Positions 43,189-45,377 of a stretch of DNA of 45,377 nt are shown here, piece by piece. Within the stretch, counting starts at the first letter, position 1; the number at the start of each line of letters is the position of its first letter. The stretch is from a virus (Duplodnaviria; Caudoviricetes): IMG/VR virus record IMGVR_UViG_3300015259_000002, positions 1-45,377 of that record; one strand, given 5' to 3'. Both the position numbers and the translations under genes were made by a program. Below the pieces are notes generated by a model. It saw nothing but the letters and a program-made list of their open reading frames with translations. It made no database searches and was not told where the DNA came from.

Positions 43189-44883
43189 TTATGCCCTCCT
43201 AGTTTCGACGGACACAACCGACATCCCATTCGGAACGTCCACATAGTTCGCCACATTCCGCGCGTCCAACCTCCCCACAATCGCGCCCACTTGCCCATCA
43301 ATTTCCTTAACAAACCTATCAACCGATATCCCTCCCTCCCCCCCCCTGCGTTCCTCATTCATTGCCACTTCCGCCGCACTCTCTGCCGCCGCGTCCACAA
43401 CTGCGGCTGTTAGAAAGTCGCATCGCCTCTTTTCGACCGGCCCCCCCCTCGCGAACCGCACAACCGCTACAGCCGCACCGCTCATCCCGAAAACCCTCTC
43501 GGCCGAGAGCGCCGCAAACTTGTTGGTCGAACTCTCTTTGATCGGCCGCCCCCTCAACACCTTTTCTGCGACGGCCACAAACGAACGCCGATCGAGGCGC
43601 CCGAACCTCTCTACCTTCGCACCGATCCTCCGCAACACCGCCGGATCTACTTGCGACGCCACATTCGTCGTCGCAATGAACAGTATGAGTGAATCCGCCA
43701 CTTCCCGCCGCGTTGTATCGAGCCGCTGCAACAAAGTCGTCAACAGCCGATCGGCAACACCGTCAAAACTCGATCCCCTTTCCGCCGTCAATCCATCTAT
43801 CTCTTCCATAACAGCGATAACAGGCAACTGATATCGCTCCCCCTTGTAAGTGAACTCCTCTCGCGCCGCTTCCTCCACCTCGCGAAAGAACGTATCCAAA
43901 TTGGCATCGGATTCCCCGTACCACTTCGAGAGCACCTCCGCCGCTCTCAACTTAAACACCCTATGCGGCAACTCATCTACCTTCACACCGCACACCTTAG
44001 CCATTTCATCATATACGCGCCGCCAAAGCCCCAACACCGAGAGCGTTTTCCCGCTCCCCGATACCCCTTCTAGCAACCGCGTCGCACATCGCCGCAACCG
44101 ATACTTTCTTCTCAACTGCGGCGCCGTCATTTCCACGCGCACCCACTCCGCCAATTCTTCGATGAACTTCGGCGGATTCCCGATATCCCTCGACACCACC
44201 ACATCCGGCACCGAATCGGTGGATAGATACTTACGCTTCGCCTCTTCCACCGGCGCCGGTATCACATCGAATGCCATTTGCCGCTTGTGACATACGATAA
44301 CGCTATCACCCGGCCGCACACCCTTCGCGCGAATTCTCTTCTCTAGGTCATCGGTGACTCTATATACCGCCTTCCGCCCTCCCCCTTTCGTTTGTTCGAT
44401 CAACACCCTATCGGTGCCGATGATCCTCTCTAGGATCGTCTCATCCCCAATCGCCGTCATCGCCCTCGATACCGATAGAACCGTGTTGCTCCCCTTATCG
44501 GTGATAACCGTATCCCCGAGAGCGAGCGACTTCGCCTCTATATATTCGGGTAGCAACACACTCGCATTCTCCCCGTTGTCAAATATCACGTCAACGCGCT
44601 CCGGCTCTTTCCCCTTCATCTTCTCTTTGTATTCCTCGGGCCGCTGCACAACGGACGGCCTCAAGAAAGTGCCATACCTCATCGGCCCCATCATCAACTC
44701 ATTCAAGAGCGCGTAATACTTCTCAGAAGCAGCCCCTTTTACTATCAACTCCATAACGTCGTTGCACAACTTCGAGTGGGGCTTCGACCCCGCGTTCCCT
44801 TGCGACAGAACATCTGCCAACAGCGCACGTCGTTGCATAACGTCCTCTTCGGCGTCCAACAAAATATCTTTCACCGATGCCAC
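43189..44883 (-). CDS. ARC/Mpa-type proteasomal AAA+ ATPase homolog
   Basis: N-terminal helix then GPMRYGTFL, two OB-like domains (..GDTV.., RPGDSVIV..AFDVIP), VPDV..DIG, GVSGSGKT, LSKWYGES, AVMEEID, IATTN, DPAVLRR and ARC-like VRFARG...DFLTAA. Confidence 0.88.
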   Translation of the reverse strand: MASVKDILLDAEEDVMQRRALLADVLSQGNAGSKPHSKLCNDVMELIVKGAASEKYYALLNELMMGPMRYGTFLRPSVVQRPEEYKEKMKGKEPERVDVIFDNGENASVLLPEYIEAKSLALGDTVITDKGSNTVLSVSRAMTAIGDETILERIIGTDRVLIEQTKGGGRKAVYRVTDDLEKRIRAKGVRPGDSVIVCHKRQMAFDVIPAPVEEAKRKYLSTDSVPDVVVSRDIGNPPKFIEELAEWVRVEMTAPQLRRKYRLRRCATRLLEGVSGSGKTLSVLGLWRRVYDEMAKVCGVKVDELPHRVFKLRAAEVLSKWYGESDANLDTFFREVEEAAREEFTYKGERYQLPVIAVMEEIDGLTAERGSSFDGVADRLLTTLLQRLDTTRREVADSLILFIATTNVASQVDPAVLRRIGAKVERFGRLDRRSFVAVAEKVLRGRPIKESSTNKFAALSAERVFGMSGAAVAVVRFARGGPVEKRRCDFLTAAVVDAAAESAAEVAMNEERRGGEGGISVDRFVKEIDGQVGAIVGRLDARNVANYVDVPNGMSVVSVETRRA

Positions 44884-44884
44884 G

Positions 44885-45377
44885 TCACACCGCCCTTTCT
44901 GCCGCCACTCCGGGCAGCTTCACCACGTCGGCTCTCGCCTCAACAATATCGAACACCACTTCCGCAAAATGATGTTCCCCAGATAGGACCGTATACGCCG
45001 CGTTCAACATCATCGACGCCACGGCGAGATTCGCGAATAGCACTTGAGGGGTAGACGAAATCATTTCGATGCAACTCAACTCCGTCGGCAACTTATCCAC
45101 CGGGTTTGCTATCTCCGGATGAAACCTCGATAGCGTCGGTGTCTTTGTGACTCCCTCTCGCCGATAGAAAAGCTGCACGGTCCCGAAAGTACCCCGCTTC
45201 TTCCCTTCCACTCCATCATTCCCCCCTGACACGAGAAATATATCGCCTGTCCCGCATTGCCGTATGATCGGGCCGGTCAACTGCTCGCAATGTTCAGCTA
45301 TCACCTTTCGCGTGGCATGATTATCGACGCACATAAATACGATATCATCTCGTAAGATGATGCTACCAGCGTTAACC
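44885..45377 (-). CDS. E1/ThiF enzyme, 3' part (joined to 407->1 across the circular junction)
   Basis: CVDNHATRK, LVSGGND, ELSCIE (candidate catalytic Cys) and PQVLFAN...A motifs. Confidence 0.93.
   Translation of the reverse strand, partial: VNAGSIILRDDIVFMCVDNHATRKVIAEHCEQLTGPIIRQCGTGDIFLVSGGNDGVEGKKRGTFGTVQLFYRREGVTKTPTLSRFHPEIANPVDKLPTELSCIEMISSTPQVLFANLAVASMMLNAAYTVLSGEHHFAEVVFDIVEARADVVKLPGVAAERAV
45255..45377. repeat. Terminal direct repeat, right copy
   Basis: Identical to 1-123. Confidence 0.97.

Noticed and set aside
44885-45334. 149-aa ORF as a stand-alone or truncated gene
   Set aside because: It is the C-terminal part of the 258-aa E1 that starts at 407.
42264-45377. Pup/UBact-proteasome system
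   Set aside because: No PafA/Dop, 20S subunit or GGE/GGQ-ending tag was found; the tag present looks beta-grasp.

Overview
This window is a complete circular (or circularly permuted) dsDNA tailed-phage genome of about 45,254 bp. Bases 1-123 are repeated exactly at 45255-45377, and a gene reads in frame across the join. The virion module (minus strand, ~12.8-40.8 kb) is podovirus-like: TerL, portal, scaffold, major capsid, decoration proteins, a glycosyltransferase-methyltransferase fusion, adaptor, LamG-bearing tail nozzle, three probable ejection proteins and holin-like genes. The early plus-strand arm (~3.9-12.8 kb) carries a Cas4-like exonuclease, a RecT/Red-beta-like annealing protein, a Kelch propeller, RusA and many small ORFs. 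Three tRNAs and two odd tRNA-like RNAs lie at 2.7-4.9 kb. The standout is a tightly coupled six-gene minus-strand operon split by the window edge and partly missed by the ORF track: ubiquitin-like protein (ends GGR), E2-like protein, JAB/JAMM peptidase, E1/ThiF (spans the junction), a full-length ARC/Mpa-type proteasomal AAA+ ATPase lacking the 20S-docking tail, and an unknown protein. This looks like a phage-encoded ubiquitin-like tag-and-unfold pathway. No polymerase, helicase, primase, integrase or endolysin was recognised. All family calls are by-eye motif recognition; no searches were run.
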